From Dehalococcoidia bacterium (GTDB lineage Bacteria > Chloroflexota > Dehalococcoidia > Lucifugimonadales > Australimonadaceae): a stretch of DNA of 64,000 nucleotides. Within the stretch, counting starts at the first letter, position 1, and every line of letters starts with the position of its first letter. The stretch lies in the NCBI GenBank assembly GCA_965220655.1, contig CBDCQO010000012.1, positions 102,931 to 166,930 on the forward strand, read 5' to 3'. Positions 18,413 to 28,212 of the stretch are shown here, piece after piece. The notes under the pieces were generated by a model that saw only the letters and a list, made by a program, of their open reading frames with translations, ran no database searches and was not told where the DNA came from. A program made the translations under genes and the position numbers.

Positions 18413-19089
18413 TCCGCCTCCGGTTGCGGCGTGTTGCGCTGGACCCAGGCGTCGTGGTCTGCGATGTCGCGGTCGTACATGAGCCGGTTGAAGAGGAGCT
18501 GCGGCAGCGGGACGTCGGAACCGCGCAGCGAGTTCGACGCGAGGCGCTTGACGACAGTGATGAGCAGAAGGCCGACCATGAGCAAGACGACGGCGGCTGG
18601 ACGCTGGAAGTAAAGCGCAACGAGCGGGAGGGATACGAACCCCAGCAGCACCCAGACGCCGGAGGCCTTGGTGAACTGCCATCCGGCGCTGGTGATGACG
18701 ATGAAGAAGGCGAGTTCCAGCCGGCCGAGGGCCAGGAGCGCCCCGACCGAGGGCGCCACTCCCCTGCCGCCCTTGAAACCGAGGGAGACCGGCCAGTTGT
18801 GGCCTATCACGGCGAGCAGTCCTGCCGCTGCCTGCACCTCTATCTCCAGGCCGAGCGCACGGGCGAAGTAGACGGGGGTGAGCCCTTTCACGAAGAGGTC
18901 GAAGATACCGACGGGTAGGATCCAGAAGCGTCCGACGTTGTAGTAGACGTTCGATGCGCCGATGGTGCCGCTGCCGACCTTGCGGAGGTCGATGCCTTTG
19001 ACGAGGCGGGCGACGATCCAGGCGGCAGGCACGGAGCCCAGCAGGTACGCGTAGAGGAGTACCAGCGCTATCTGTAAGGAATCGTCCAT
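18409..19089 (-). CDS. plsY: Glycerol-3-phosphate acyltransferase PlsY
   Basis: Blocks [24 protein letters not shown] and [16 protein letters not shown] are typical of PlsY. Confidence 0.9.
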   Translation of the reverse strand: MDDSLQIALVLLYAYLLGSVPAAWIVARLVKGIDLRKVGSGTIGASNVYYNVGRFWILPVGIFDLFVKGLTPVYFARALGLEIEVQAAAGLLAVIGHNWPVSLGFKGGRGVAPSVGALLALGRLELAFFIVITSAGWQFTKASGVWVLLGFVSLPLVALYFQRPAAVVLLMVGLLLITVVKRLASNSLRGSDVPLPQLLFNRLMYDRDIADHDAWVQRNTPQPEAE

Positions 19090-19101
19090 CGCAAGAGGCT
19101 C

Positions 19102-19938
19102 TTATCCTGCTCCAGCAAGACGCTCCAAGGCTTCGAACACTTCCTGAGGCGGGCCGTCCGATCCGGGAAGCGCCTCGTTCTCATTGCCCATCGCATGATA
19201 ATCGCTCCCGCCGCACGGCAGGAGGCCGTAGCGTTCGGCGAGGCCGAACAGGGCGCGTTGCTCGTCCGCGTTGAAGTTTGCGTAGTGCGCTTCGAGCCCC
19301 ACGATGCCCATATCAGGCAGCCGGGGAACGAGCCTTCCGTACTCCTCGACGTAGAGCGGGTGCGCGAGGACTGCCGCGCCGCCTGCGCTCCTTATCGTGC
19401 GTGCGGCGTCTTCCAGCGTTACGCCCATGCGACCGACGAACGCAGCGCCCCCGTTGTTCAGCAGTCCGTCGAACGCGTCCTTGTACGTTGCCAGGTAGCC
19501 TCGCTCCACCATCGCGTGCGCGATGTGGGGACGCCCTATGCTTGCGCCCTCCGCGAGCTCCCGGACGCGCTCCCAATCGAGCGGATAGCCGAGTCTGGCG
19601 AGGTTATCGAGCATCCGCAGCCCCCGCTCTTCCCGCTCCTGACGGAGCGCGGCGAGCTGCTGTTGCAACGCGGCGTCGGCGCGGTCCACGAAGTAGCCGA
19701 GCAGATGCACGTCCGAGTTGTCCATCGTGGGGTGCGAGGCGCTGATCTCGATACCGGGGACGATACGCAGCGCGGGATGAGCGGCGGCGGCAGCGATGGC
19801 CTCGTCCAGCCCTTCGGTGGAGTCGTGGTCGGTGAGCGCAGCGACGTTGACCCCCCGATGAGCGAGGACTCCTACGAGTTCGGTGGGCGTCAGGCGTCCG
19901 TCCGAGCGCGTGGAGTGCATGTGGAGGTCTATTTTCAT
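19102..19938 (-). CDS. PHP-domain metal-dependent phosphoesterase (TrpH/YciV-like)
   Basis: N-terminal MKIDLHMHSTRSDG and C-terminal GGSDYH motifs of the PHP family. Confidence 0.85.
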   Translation of the reverse strand: MKIDLHMHSTRSDGRLTPTELVGVLAHRGVNVAALTDHDSTEGLDEAIAAAAAHPALRIVPGIEISASHPTMDNSDVHLLGYFVDRADAALQQQLAALRQEREERGLRMLDNLARLGYPLDWERVRELAEGASIGRPHIAHAMVERGYLATYKDAFDGLLNNGGAAFVGRMGVTLEDAARTIRSAGGAAVLAHPLYVEEYGRLVPRLPDMGIVGLEAHYANFNADEQRALFGLAERYGLLPCGGSDYHAMGNENEALPGSDGPPQEVFEALERLAGAG

Positions 19939-19953
19939 GGCTTGCCGGGCGGG

Positions 19954-19983
19954 CTGCCCGCACTCGAATCAGAGTGCGGGCAG
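19954..19983 (-). terminator. Perfect 12-bp hairpin between rny and the PHP gene (possible attenuating terminator or processing site)
   Basis: CTGCCCGCACTC-gaatca-GAGTGCGGGCAG. No T-run follows, so termination is uncertain. Confidence 0.35.
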
Positions 19984-19998
19984 CTGCATCCGTCCGTT

Positions 19999-21528
19999 CT
20001 AGTGGGCGACCTCGGTAGCCCTTGTCTCGCGCACGACGGTGACGACGATCTCGCCCGGGTAGACGAGGTTCTCCTCGATCTTGCGGACGACCTTGCGTGC
20101 GAGGTTCGATGCGGCGACGTCGTCTATCGAGTCCGGCTCGACGAGGATCCGCACCTCGCGCCCCGCCTGTATGGCGTACGACTTCTGCACGCCGTCGAAG
20201 CTGTTGGCGACGTCTTCCAGGGCTTCCAGCCGCTTGAGGTAGAGCTCGACGGTGTCGCGGCGGGAGCCGGGACGAGCGGCGCTGATGGCGTCAGCCGCCG
20301 CGACGACGAAAGCCTCGACAGACCCTCTGTCGTCGTCGTGGTGCTCGTTGATAGCGGCGGTTACGGCGGGTGTGAGGGAGTAACGCCGGGCAACCTCCTC
20401 GCCGAGCTCGATGTGCGTACCCTCGAACTCGTGGGTGAGGGCCTTGCCGATGTCGTGGAGTAGTCCACCGGCCTTGGAGGTCTGGACGTCCGCTTCTATC
20501 TCACCGGCGATCAGCCCCGCGATGCGGGAGACCTCGACGGAGTGCTGCAGAACGTTTTCGCCGTAGCTGTAGCGGTACTGGAGCCTGCCGAGGAGCCTGA
20601 TGAGCTCGGGGTTCAGGCCGCGGACCCCTGCGTCCAGCACGGCCTGTTCGCCAGAGCGGGCGATGGAGTCGTCCACTTCCTTCTGGGCTTTGTTAACCGC
20701 TTCCTCGATACGCGCGGGGTGGATGCGCCCGTCGGCGATGAGGTTGGTGAGCGCCACCTTTGCCACCTCGCGGCGGATGGGGTCGAAGCAGGAGACCGTC
20801 ACGGCCTCCGGCGTGTCGTCGATGATGAGGTCGACGCCTGTGGCGGCTTCGATGGCGCGGATGTTGCGTCCCTCGCGTCCGATGAGACGGCCCTTCATCT
20901 CGTCGTTCGGCAGCGCCACCTGCGAGGTGGTGGACTCATTGACGACGTCTGAAGCCAGACGCTGGATGGAGAGGGCGATGGTCTTCTTCGCTTTCTCGTC
21001 CACCTCGTTCAGCATCTTCTGTTCGAGGGCGTAGTAGCGCTTGGCGAGTTCGTGCTCGGCCTCGTCCTCCGCGGTCTGCATGATCTGGGCTTTCGCTTCC
21101 TGCACACTGAGGTTCGCAACCTGTTCGAGCTTGACGGCCTGCTCAGCCTTGATGGCTTCGGCTTCCTCGTACTGCTGCTCGACGTCCTGCTCCCGGTCGG
21201 CCACGCGGTGTTCGCGTAGTTCCAAGCCTTCCTGGCGGCTGTCGAGGGTCTCACTGCGACTGGCGAGACGATTCTCCGCCCGCTGCACCTCGCGCCGCCT
21301 GTCGCGCAGTTCGGCCTCAGCCTCCTGTTTCGCCTTGAGCGCCTCTTCCTGGGCCTCCAGCAGGGCGCGTTTCTTCTCTTCTTCAGCGCTTGCGAGGATG
21401 CGGGCAGCCTCGTCCTGGGCTGCTCCCATCCGCCTGTTCCGGCCCATGCTACGGGCGAACAAGACCACTACGACGCCGACGATAGATCCTGCTACTGCTC
21501 CTGCGATACCGACAATCAACGCTTCCAT
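19999..21528 (-). CDS. rny: Ribonuclease Y
   Basis: N-terminal TM helix, a Glu/Ala/Lys coiled coil, a KH block GREGRNIRAIEAATGVDLIIDD and an HD block LLHDIGKA. Confidence 0.93.
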   Translation of the reverse strand: MEALIVGIAGAVAGSIVGVVVVLFARSMGRNRRMGAAQDEAARILASAEEEKKRALLEAQEEALKAKQEAEAELRDRRREVQRAENRLASRSETLDSRQEGLELREHRVADREQDVEQQYEEAEAIKAEQAVKLEQVANLSVQEAKAQIMQTAEDEAEHELAKRYYALEQKMLNEVDEKAKKTIALSIQRLASDVVNESTTSQVALPNDEMKGRLIGREGRNIRAIEAATGVDLIIDDTPEAVTVSCFDPIRREVAKVALTNLIADGRIHPARIEEAVNKAQKEVDDSIARSGEQAVLDAGVRGLNPELIRLLGRLQYRYSYGENVLQHSVEVSRIAGLIAGEIEADVQTSKAGGLLHDIGKALTHEFEGTHIELGEEVARRYSLTPAVTAAINEHHDDDRGSVEAFVVAAADAISAARPGSRRDTVELYLKRLEALEDVANSFDGVQKSYAIQAGREVRILVEPDSIDDVAASNLARKVVRKIEENLVYPGEIVVTVVRETRATEVAH

Positions 21529-21791
21529 GAGCGTCTCCTTTCGGGCTCGACCTGCGCGCGTGTCCCCGTCGAGGGGGACCGGACAGACCGGCCATGGCTA
21601 TAGCCAGACGACGGTTACCCAGTTCCGGGAGCGGCAGCGAAGCGGGTACGCCAAGACCGCCCAGCAGCGCGAAGGCCGCTGGCGCGAGGAGGCGGGTGTG
21701 GTCCCGCCTGTTTGCGCGTTGGTGGAGCGCACGTTATCTGCCACCGCCGTCCTTTATTCCCGGCGCGTGGCAGCCAGTAAGACGATGCCGG

Positions 21792-22841
21792 TTACCCGGT
21801 TGCCGGGGCCGCCGGTTGGAGCTCGGCCTCGGGAACGGGAGCCTCGCTGTGTCCGTTCGCAGCGTCGATGCCGCGAACCTTCGCCTCGATCTGAGCGGCG
21901 ATATCCGGGTTGGCGCGGAGGAACGTCTTGGCGTTCTCGCGGCCCTGTCCCAGGCGCGTCTCGTCGTACGAGTAGTTCGCGCCGGACTTGCGGACGATCC
22001 CCATCTCCACACCGAGGTCGAGGAGGTCTCCTTCCTTGCTGATGCCTATCTTGAACATGATGTCGAACTCGGCCTGCCTGAAGGGCGGGGCGACCTTGTT
22101 CTTGACGACTTTCGCCCTGACGCGTGAACCGACAGGGTCCGTCCCCTGCTTGATCGTTTCGATACGCCGCAGGTCTATGCGGACGGAGCTGTAGAACTTG
22201 AGCGCCCTGCCTCCCGGAGTGACTTCCGGGCTCCCGAAGAAGACTCCCACCTTCTCCCGCAGCTGGTTCACGAACACGACCGCGGTGTGGGAAGTGTTGG
22301 TGGCGGCAGTGAGCTTGCGGAGCGCCTGAGACATCAGTCGCGCCTGCAGCCCGACGTGGGTGTCGCCCATGTCGCCTTCGAGTTCTGCCCGGGGCACGAG
22401 AGCGGCGACGCTGTCCACGACGACAACGTCCACGGCGCCGCTGCGCACGAGGTACTCGACGATCTCCAACGCCTGCTCGCCAGAGTCAGGCTGCGAGATG
22501 AGGAGCGAGTCCACCTGCACGCCGCACTGTGCGGCGTAGGTGGGGTCCAGTGCGTGCTCAGCGTCTATGTAGGCGGCAGTGCCGCCGCGACGCTGGGCTT
22601 CGGCGACGATGTGGCTGCAGAGCGTGGACTTCCCTGCGGACTCCGTTCCGAATATCTCGGTGACCCGCCCCTTTGGGATCCCTCCTATACCCAGGGCCAA
22701 ATCCAGCGAGATGGAGCCCGTGGGGATGGCTTCTACATGCAGGCTCTGGGTGGCTTCGCCCAGCCGCATAATCGCCCCGTGCCCAAACTGCCGTTCTATC
22801 TGCCCGAGAGCCAGTGCCAGCGCTTGTTCCTTGTCAGACAT
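21792..22841 (-). CDS. recA: Recombinase RecA
   Basis: [29 protein letters not shown] and Walker [10 protein letters not shown]. The ATG at 22841 is preferred because an AAGGA sequence lies upstream. An in-frame ATG at 22871 would add 10 residues. Confidence 0.96.
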   Translation of the reverse strand: MSDKEQALALALGQIERQFGHGAIMRLGEATQSLHVEAIPTGSISLDLALGIGGIPKGRVTEIFGTESAGKSTLCSHIVAEAQRRGGTAAYIDAEHALDPTYAAQCGVQVDSLLISQPDSGEQALEIVEYLVRSGAVDVVVVDSVAALVPRAELEGDMGDTHVGLQARLMSQALRKLTAATNTSHTAVVFVNQLREKVGVFFGSPEVTPGGRALKFYSSVRIDLRRIETIKQGTDPVGSRVRAKVVKNKVAPPFRQAEFDIMFKIGISKEGDLLDLGVEMGIVRKSGANYSYDETRLGQGRENAKTFLRANPDIAAQIEAKVRGIDAANGHSEAPVPEAELQPAAPATG

Positions 22842-23031
22842 GTCCTTTTGGCCTCGTCTCCTGGCTGCCACATGCCAGTGTTTTCATCGTATCACACCCA
22901 CTATCGCGGGCTGTGTGGCGGTTGTTGACGAGTTTGCCATGCATATGGTGCAACCGCGCAATGGGTGCGTGTCACAAATCCGGAATTCCACAAAATCCGG
23001 ATGCCTGCAGGGCGTTCGTGAGGGTTGAGGC

Positions 23032-24807
23032 TCAGGAGGGGCGGTAGCGGTTGACGATGGGGAGGCGGCGGTCCCGCCCGAAGTTACGGCGCGTAATCTT
23101 GACACCGGGGGGCGCCTGGCGACGCTTGTACTCGCTGCGGTCGACGAGGCGCACGGTGAGTTCGACGGCGTCGCGGGGCATGCCTGCGGCGAGCATCTCG
23201 TCGAAGCTGCGGTCGTCCTCCACGTAGGCCTGGATGATGGGGTCGAGCACGTCGTACGGGGGCAGGGAGTCCTCGTCCTTCTGGTCGGGGCGGAGCTCGG
23301 CGGTCGGTGGCCGGACGATGATGGACTCCGGGATGACCTCCCGTCCGGCCATCACGTTGCGGTGGCGCGCGAGTTGCTGCACGAGCGTCTTGGGGACGTC
23401 CTTGATGACGGCGAACCCGCCTGCCATGTCGCCGTAGAGGGTGGCGTAGCCGGTGGCCATCTCGCTCTTGTTGCCGGTGGTGAGGACGATCCAGCCGAAC
23501 TTGTTGGACGCGGCCATGAGCAGGTTGCCCCGGATGCGCGCCTGCAGGTTCTCCTCCGTTGTGTCCGGCTCCTTTCCGGCGAACTCGTCAGCGAGCGTTT
23601 CGAGGAACTCGTCGAAGATGGGGCGTATGGGCAGCGATACGAGCCGGACGCCGAGGTTGTCGGTGAGCGCTTTCGAATCGTCCCAGGACTGGCCGGACGT
23701 GTACTGCGACGGCATGAAGAACGTGGTGACGCGCTCCGGTCCGAGCGCGTCGGCGGCGATGGCGGTGGTGAGCGCGGAGTCTATGCCGCCGGAGAGACCG
23801 ATGACCGCGCCCCCGAAGCCGCTCTTGAGCACGTAATCTCTCGTGCCGGTGACGAGGGCCTGGTAGACCTCCGTGAGCGGGTGCAACTCCTCTGTGATTG
23901 CAGGGGGAAGCGGCTCGCGCGGCGTCGTATCGCTCGGGCCGGAGAGGAAGTAGCGGCGGGACTCGCCGATGGTTTCGAGTCCGGGCCGGGCGAGTGGGCC
24001 TTCCGGGTCGGGAGAACCGACCTCGTCGGCGTCCATGTCCACGAGCAGCAGCGACTCCTCGAACTGCGGTGCGCGTGCGATGAGTTCGCCGCGCGGGTCG
24101 AAGACGAGGCTCTGGCCGTCGAAGACGAGTTCGTCCTGCCCGCCGATGAGGTTGACGTAGGCGATGAAGCAGCCGTGTTCGACCGCGCGGCGCGAGAGCA
24201 TCGCGCTGCGCTGGGCGTAGCGTCCCTGGTGGTAGGGTGAGCCGTTGATGGTGACGACGACCTCCGCGCCCGCGAGCCGCTGCACGGTGGCGGGGCCGGT
24301 GTCGTACCAGATGTCCTCGCAGACGTTGACACCTGTCTGCACTCCGTTGATCTCGAAAACGGGGCACTCGTTGCCGCGGGCGAAATAGCGCTCCTCGTCG
24401 AATACACCGTGATTAGGGAGGAGGATCTTGCGGTAGATGGCGGCAACGCTGCCGTCGTGGAGTACGGCGGCGCCGTTGTAGATACGGCCCTCCATCTGGT
24501 CCGGGTAGAGGGCCGCGCCGAGGTGGAATGGCTCGCCGTCTACGAGCTCAGGGACGCCGGCGACGATGGTGATGCCGTGTGCGGCTTCGGCGATACGCTC
24601 CAGCTGGGCGCGGGCGTCGAGCAGGAACTGGCGCTTGAAAAGAAGGTCTTCAGGGGGGTAGCCGGTGAGGGCCAGTTCAGGGAAGGCGACGAGGTCGGCC
24701 TGTCGTTCCCGGGCCTGTTGGACGAGCGCAAGCATGCGTTCGGCGTTGCCGTGGAGGTCGCCGACGGTTGCGTTCATCTGGCCGAGGGCTATGCGGATGG
24801 GCCTCAC
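23032..24807 (-). CDS. nadE: Glutamine-dependent NAD+ synthetase
   Basis: N-terminal CN-hydrolase domain (DLVAFPELALTGY) and a C-terminal synthetase with P-loop GLSGGIDSALT. 591 aa. Confidence 0.93.
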   Translation of the reverse strand: MRPIRIALGQMNATVGDLHGNAERMLALVQQARERQADLVAFPELALTGYPPEDLLFKRQFLLDARAQLERIAEAAHGITIVAGVPELVDGEPFHLGAALYPDQMEGRIYNGAAVLHDGSVAAIYRKILLPNHGVFDEERYFARGNECPVFEINGVQTGVNVCEDIWYDTGPATVQRLAGAEVVVTINGSPYHQGRYAQRSAMLSRRAVEHGCFIAYVNLIGGQDELVFDGQSLVFDPRGELIARAPQFEESLLLVDMDADEVGSPDPEGPLARPGLETIGESRRYFLSGPSDTTPREPLPPAITEELHPLTEVYQALVTGTRDYVLKSGFGGAVIGLSGGIDSALTTAIAADALGPERVTTFFMPSQYTSGQSWDDSKALTDNLGVRLVSLPIRPIFDEFLETLADEFAGKEPDTTEENLQARIRGNLLMAASNKFGWIVLTTGNKSEMATGYATLYGDMAGGFAVIKDVPKTLVQQLARHRNVMAGREVIPESIIVRPPTAELRPDQKDEDSLPPYDVLDPIIQAYVEDDRSFDEMLAAGMPRDAVELTVRLVDRSEYKRRQAPPGVKITRRNFGRDRRLPIVNRYRPS

Positions 24808-24891
24808 GAGTCGCCCCAGTGCAGATTCAGGTAACGGGGGCTGTGCGCTGGTTGTCCTGGCCAGCCAGCGCGTGCAGGCTCGGCGGAAGAG

Positions 24892-25077
24892 CTACATACC
24901 AGAGCGGCGGCGGCGCCTGGCGGAACGGCGGGCCGCGATGCGGGCCTTCTCTCCCTTGGAACGGAAGAAGCGCCGGTCCTTGTGGGCCTTGAGGATGCCG
25001 TTGCGGGTGACTGCCGCGCGGAACCGCGACACGATCGCCTCGGGCGGCTCCCCGTCTCTCATCTCAACGTATGCCAT
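24892..25077 (-). CDS. rpsU: 30S ribosomal protein S21
   Basis: 61 aa and basic. SRFRAAVTRNGILKAHKDRRFFRSKGEKARI matches the S21 pattern. Confidence 0.9.
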   Translation of the reverse strand: MAYVEMRDGEPPEAIVSRFRAAVTRNGILKAHKDRRFFRSKGEKARIAARRSARRRRRSGM

Positions 25078-25150
25078 GAATGCTCCGTGCGCATGCGCCG
25101 CGCGGGAGTGATGCTAGCACAGCGCCACGCTCACCGGCAAGGCGGCGCGA

Positions 25151-25179
25151 TTGACAATGCTTCGGCACAGCAGTATGTT
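25151..25179 (+). promoter_or_regulatory. Candidate sigma-70-type promoter for fmdB-dtd
   Basis: TTGACA (25151-25156), a 17-nt spacer, then TATGTT (25174-25179). It lies about 55 nt upstream of the fmdB ATG. Confidence 0.45.
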
Positions 25180-25182
25180 GGC

Positions 25183-25211
25183 GTTAGCAGTCGCCAGCCG
25201 CGACTGCTAAC
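25183..25211 (+). promoter_or_regulatory. Perfect 11-bp inverted repeat in the fmdB leader (operator or 5' UTR hairpin)
   Basis: GTTAGCAGTCG-ccagccg-CGACTGCTAAC, immediately downstream of the candidate -10 element. Confidence 0.4.
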
Positions 25212-25231
25212 TATGAGAGAGGCAGTACCGA

Positions 25232-25552
25232 ATGCCCACGTACGCCTACCAGTGCGGTTCCTGCGGTAACGAGTTCGATCTGCGGCAGAGTTTCAGCGCG
25301 AGCACCGAGCAGCCGTGCCCGGCCTGCTCCGGCCTCAGCCGCCGCATGCTCTCGGTTCCGACGGTGATCTACAAGGGCTCCGGCTTCTACACGACGGACT
25401 ACGCCCGCAAGGGCATGACCGACTCGTCGTCCTCCTCTTCTTCGTCTTCCTCGTCTTCCTCGTCCGCTGCTGCTTCCTCGGAGAAGAGCAGCACCAAGAC
25501 GGCGGACTCGAAGAGCAAGGCGTCCAGCACGCCTTCCACCTCCTCTGAGTAA
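25232..25552 (+). CDS. FmdB-family zinc-ribbon protein with a Ser-rich tail
   Basis: N-terminal MPTYAYQCGSCGNEF...CPAC (CxxC...CxxC). By my codon count, a run of 14 Ser codons spans 25424-25465. Confidence 0.85.
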   Translation: MPTYAYQCGSCGNEFDLRQSFSASTEQPCPACSGLSRRMLSVPTVIYKGSGFYTTDYARKGMTDSSSSSSSSSSSSSSAAASSEKSSTKTADSKSKASSTPSTSSE

Positions 25553-25555
25553 CGG

Positions 25556-26017
25556 ATGCGCGCGGTTGTCCAGCGCGTGAGCAGCGCCTCGGTGTCGATC
25601 GACGGCGAGGAGGTGTCACGCATCGGCGCGGGTCTGGTGGTGCTGGCGGCGGTGGGCCGGGACGATACGGACGCCGACGCGGACTACATCGTCGAGAAGA
25701 CCGTGCACCTGCGCGTGTTCCCCGACGCCGAGGGGCGTTTCGACCGCTCGGTGCTCGACGTGGGCGGCAGCCTGCTGGTCGTGAGCCAGTTCACGCTGTA
25801 TGGCGACGTGCGGCGCGGTCGGCGTCCGTCGTTCACGGAAGCGGCGCCGCCGGCGGAGGCGGAGGAGCGCTTCGCGGCGCTGGTAGAGCGTTTCAGGGCA
25901 ACCGGCGTCCCTGTCGAGACGGGGCAGTTCCAGGCGATGATGGACGTTGCGCTGGTGAACGACGGCCCGGTAACGCTCATCCTGGACTCGCCAGACCGCC
26001 ATCGCCCCCGGCGTTAG
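25556..26017 (+). CDS. dtd: D-aminoacyl-tRNA deacylase
   Basis: MRAVVQRV start and the SQFTLYGD block. 153 aa. Confidence 0.93.
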   Translation: MRAVVQRVSSASVSIDGEEVSRIGAGLVVLAAVGRDDTDADADYIVEKTVHLRVFPDAEGRFDRSVLDVGGSLLVVSQFTLYGDVRRGRRPSFTEAAPPAEAEERFAALVERFRATGVPVETGQFQAMMDVALVNDGPVTLILDSPDRHRPRR

Positions 26018-26147
26018 GGGAAGCCGCCTGATCTCTTCCCCCTCGATGGAGGAAGGCGAGGATGGGGGTGAACAGGCGATAATCGCGCTTGACCGCATCC
26101 GTTCCGGCTTGCTAGCGTGCCAGCATCCGTTGGGAAGGAGGAGCGCG

Positions 26148-26828
26148 ATGAGTGCTGCGATGAACAGGTCCGGTGGATGGGCTCTCGTGATAGGTCCGCT
26201 GCTCGCGTTGGGGTTCTTCCTGATCGAGCCGGGCGGCCTGCTGATAGACAGCGCCGACTCGACCGACGCGGTTGCCAGCATCACGGCGAAGTCGGCGAAC
26301 ACGGCGCTTGCTCACCTGACCGCGCTGGTCGTGCCGTTCGGTCTTGCGCTCCTGCTGTTCGGGTACATCGTCCTGCAGGCCGGAGCGATCCGGGAAGGCG
26401 GCGGCATCGGGGCGGCGCTCCTCGCCGTCGTGTTCCTGGGGACAGGCATGATCGTCTGGGGGATAACCCAGGGGTTGAACCACCCGATCTCCGAGATCGA
26501 TGTTTCGTCGGCGGAATCGATGGCGACAGGGCTGGCGCTCTACGAAGTGCAGTCCGCGGCCCGTGTGCTGGGCGGGCTGTTGGTCGCCGCCGGGTTCCTC
26601 GTCCTGGGCCTGAGTCCATGGATGCGCGCCCGCTCCAACGTACTTGCGGCGAACGGGATCGTGGTCGTCTCCGTTGTCTCGCTCGCCGGCCTGGTCGTTG
26701 GGCTCTTCTCGGTCGATCTACGCCTGGAGGGGATCACCGTATCGAGGGCGTGCTACTTCATCTGGGTTGCCTGGAGTGTCTATCTCGGTGCGCAGCTCAT
26801 CAAGAGCAGCGGCAACGAGTCCGGCTGA
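26148..26828 (+). CDS. Hypothetical multi-pass membrane protein
   Basis: The ATG at 26148 is preceded by GGAAGGAGGAG. About six hydrophobic helices and high GC3. I recognise no family with confidence. Confidence 0.6.
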   Translation: MSAAMNRSGGWALVIGPLLALGFFLIEPGGLLIDSADSTDAVASITAKSANTALAHLTALVVPFGLALLLFGYIVLQAGAIREGGGIGAALLAVVFLGTGMIVWGITQGLNHPISEIDVSSAESMATGLALYEVQSAARVLGGLLVAAGFLVLGLSPWMRARSNVLAANGIVVVSVVSLAGLVVGLFSVDLRLEGITVSRACYFIWVAWSVYLGAQLIKSSGNESG

Positions 26829-26891
26829 CGCGCCCGAGAGGAACGGCATGGGAGGGGCGAGCGTTGTCGTGAATGGCACAGGGGTCGAGCG

Positions 26892-27134
26892 CTACGGCTC
26901 CGACGCTGCTTGCGCCAGCACGTCCTCGTCCGGCACAACTTCGAGGAACCGCCACGGGAACATCAGCCCCCGCGCCTCGCAGAAGGCGTCTATCACGCGC
27001 CACAGGTCGCGGTCGCTTTCGATACCGGCGAGGGCCGCGAACTCGCGGAAGCCGAGCGTATCGTTCCCCGTCGTAACAAGCCGGTGGGCTTTTTCGTCCC
27101 AGGCGACCATCAGGGTTTCGATGCAGCATCCCAT
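26892..27134 (-). CDS. Hypothetical small protein (80 aa)
   Basis: It is the only ORF in this gap with balanced composition and high GC3. No clear SD, and no family recognised. Confidence 0.4.
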   Translation of the reverse strand: MGCCIETLMVAWDEKAHRLVTTGNDTLGFREFAALAGIESDRDLWRVIDAFCEARGLMFPWRFLEVVPDEDVLAQAASEP

Positions 27135-27271
27135 AGCGGGATGATAGCCCCGCTCAACTCGATTGACACGCCCCGCCAGCAGTCCGGGCCCCGGCGGGGA
27201 TGCGGGTCCGCTGGAGCCAAACCCGCGTTATACTCTCCACCAACTCGCAAGGGCTGGACGGAGGCGTGGCA

Positions 27272-28195
27272 ATGGGCAATCTGCTCAAAGGGAGAGTGGC
27301 GGTCGTCACCGGCTCGGGCCGGGGCATCGGACGCGCCCATGCGATGGCCCTCGCGGAGGAGGGGGCGAGCGTTGTAGTGAACGACATCGGGGTCGAACGC
27401 GACGGCTCCGGCGGCACGCGCGCTCCGGCGGACGAGGCGGTCGCGCAGATACGCGAGAACGGCGGCGAGGCCGTCGTGAGCTACGACGACATCTCGGACT
27501 ACGAGGCGGCGGGTAACCTCATCAGGACGGCGGTGGACAACTTCGGTCGGCTGGACATCCTGGTGAACAACGCAGGGACGTTCCAGTACCGGCTCTTCCA
27601 CCAGTTGACCGAACAGGAGTGGGACGGGCTGATGAACGTGCACCTGTTCGGGACGTTCAACACCTGTCATCACGCCGTGAAGGTGATGATGGAGCAGCGC
27701 TACGGGCGCATCATCAACACCGCGTCCAGCCAGTGGCGCAACCCGGAGGGGCGCGGGAACTACGGCGCGGCGAAGGGCGCCATCGTGTCGCTCACGTGGG
27801 GGCTGGCGTTCGAGTTGCGGAACCACAACATCACCGTGAACGCGCTCGCGCCGATGGCGGCGACGCGGAGTTTCGGCGACGACACCTACCGGAACATGCT
27901 GGCGGACGCCGGGCTGGACCGGAAGAAGAACCCGGCGGAGCAGGGCGACAACCGTGCAGGGCCGGAGTTCGTCTCACCGCTGATCGTCTGGCTCGCTTCG
28001 GACGAGGCGGCAGGGATCAACGGGATCGTGTTCAGAGCGGGGTCGGGCAAGATCGGGCGTTACAGCCACCCGACGGAGATCAGGACGCTGTACCGCGAGG
28101 CGGGCAACGGCGACCCGTGGACGCTCGATGAGCTGGACGAAGTGCTGCCATCGACGGTGTTGCTGGGCGAGACGAAGGCCCCGTTCATCCCGTAA
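27272..28195 (+). CDS. SDR-family oxidoreductase, MFE-2/HSD17B4-like dehydrogenase type
   Basis: TGSGRGIG Rossmann motif, NNAG, and YGAAK (YxxxK). The VVVNDIG...GG...APADEAV pattern resembles the dehydrogenase domain of multifunctional enzyme 2. The ATG at 27272 follows a GGAGG. Confidence 0.88.
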   Translation: MGNLLKGRVAVVTGSGRGIGRAHAMALAEEGASVVVNDIGVERDGSGGTRAPADEAVAQIRENGGEAVVSYDDISDYEAAGNLIRTAVDNFGRLDILVNNAGTFQYRLFHQLTEQEWDGLMNVHLFGTFNTCHHAVKVMMEQRYGRIINTASSQWRNPEGRGNYGAAKGAIVSLTWGLAFELRNHNITVNALAPMAATRSFGDDTYRNMLADAGLDRKKNPAEQGDNRAGPEFVSPLIVWLASDEAAGINGIVFRAGSGKIGRYSHPTEIRTLYREAGNGDPWTLDELDEVLPSTVLLGETKAPFIP

Positions 28196-28212
28196 GGCGG
28201 AGGAGAAGCGCT

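Noticed and set aside
21529-21791. The 263-nt recA-rny spacer was checked for recX, a small ORF or an ncRNA.
   Set aside because: It holds only short hairpins (GTCCCC-N5-GGGGAC, GGCGGG-N6-CCCGCC) and the 12-nt palindrome TGGCTATAGCCA (21594-21605). There is no ORF with coding bias and no recognisable RNA family. It is probably the rny 5' UTR and promoter.
22842-23031. Search for a LexA/Cheo SOS box (GAAC-N4-GTTC) upstream of recA.
   Set aside because: No such motif was found by eye. Only the imperfect palindrome TTGCACCATATGCATGGCAA and the TCCGGATTTGTG repeat are present, and the repeat is reported separately.
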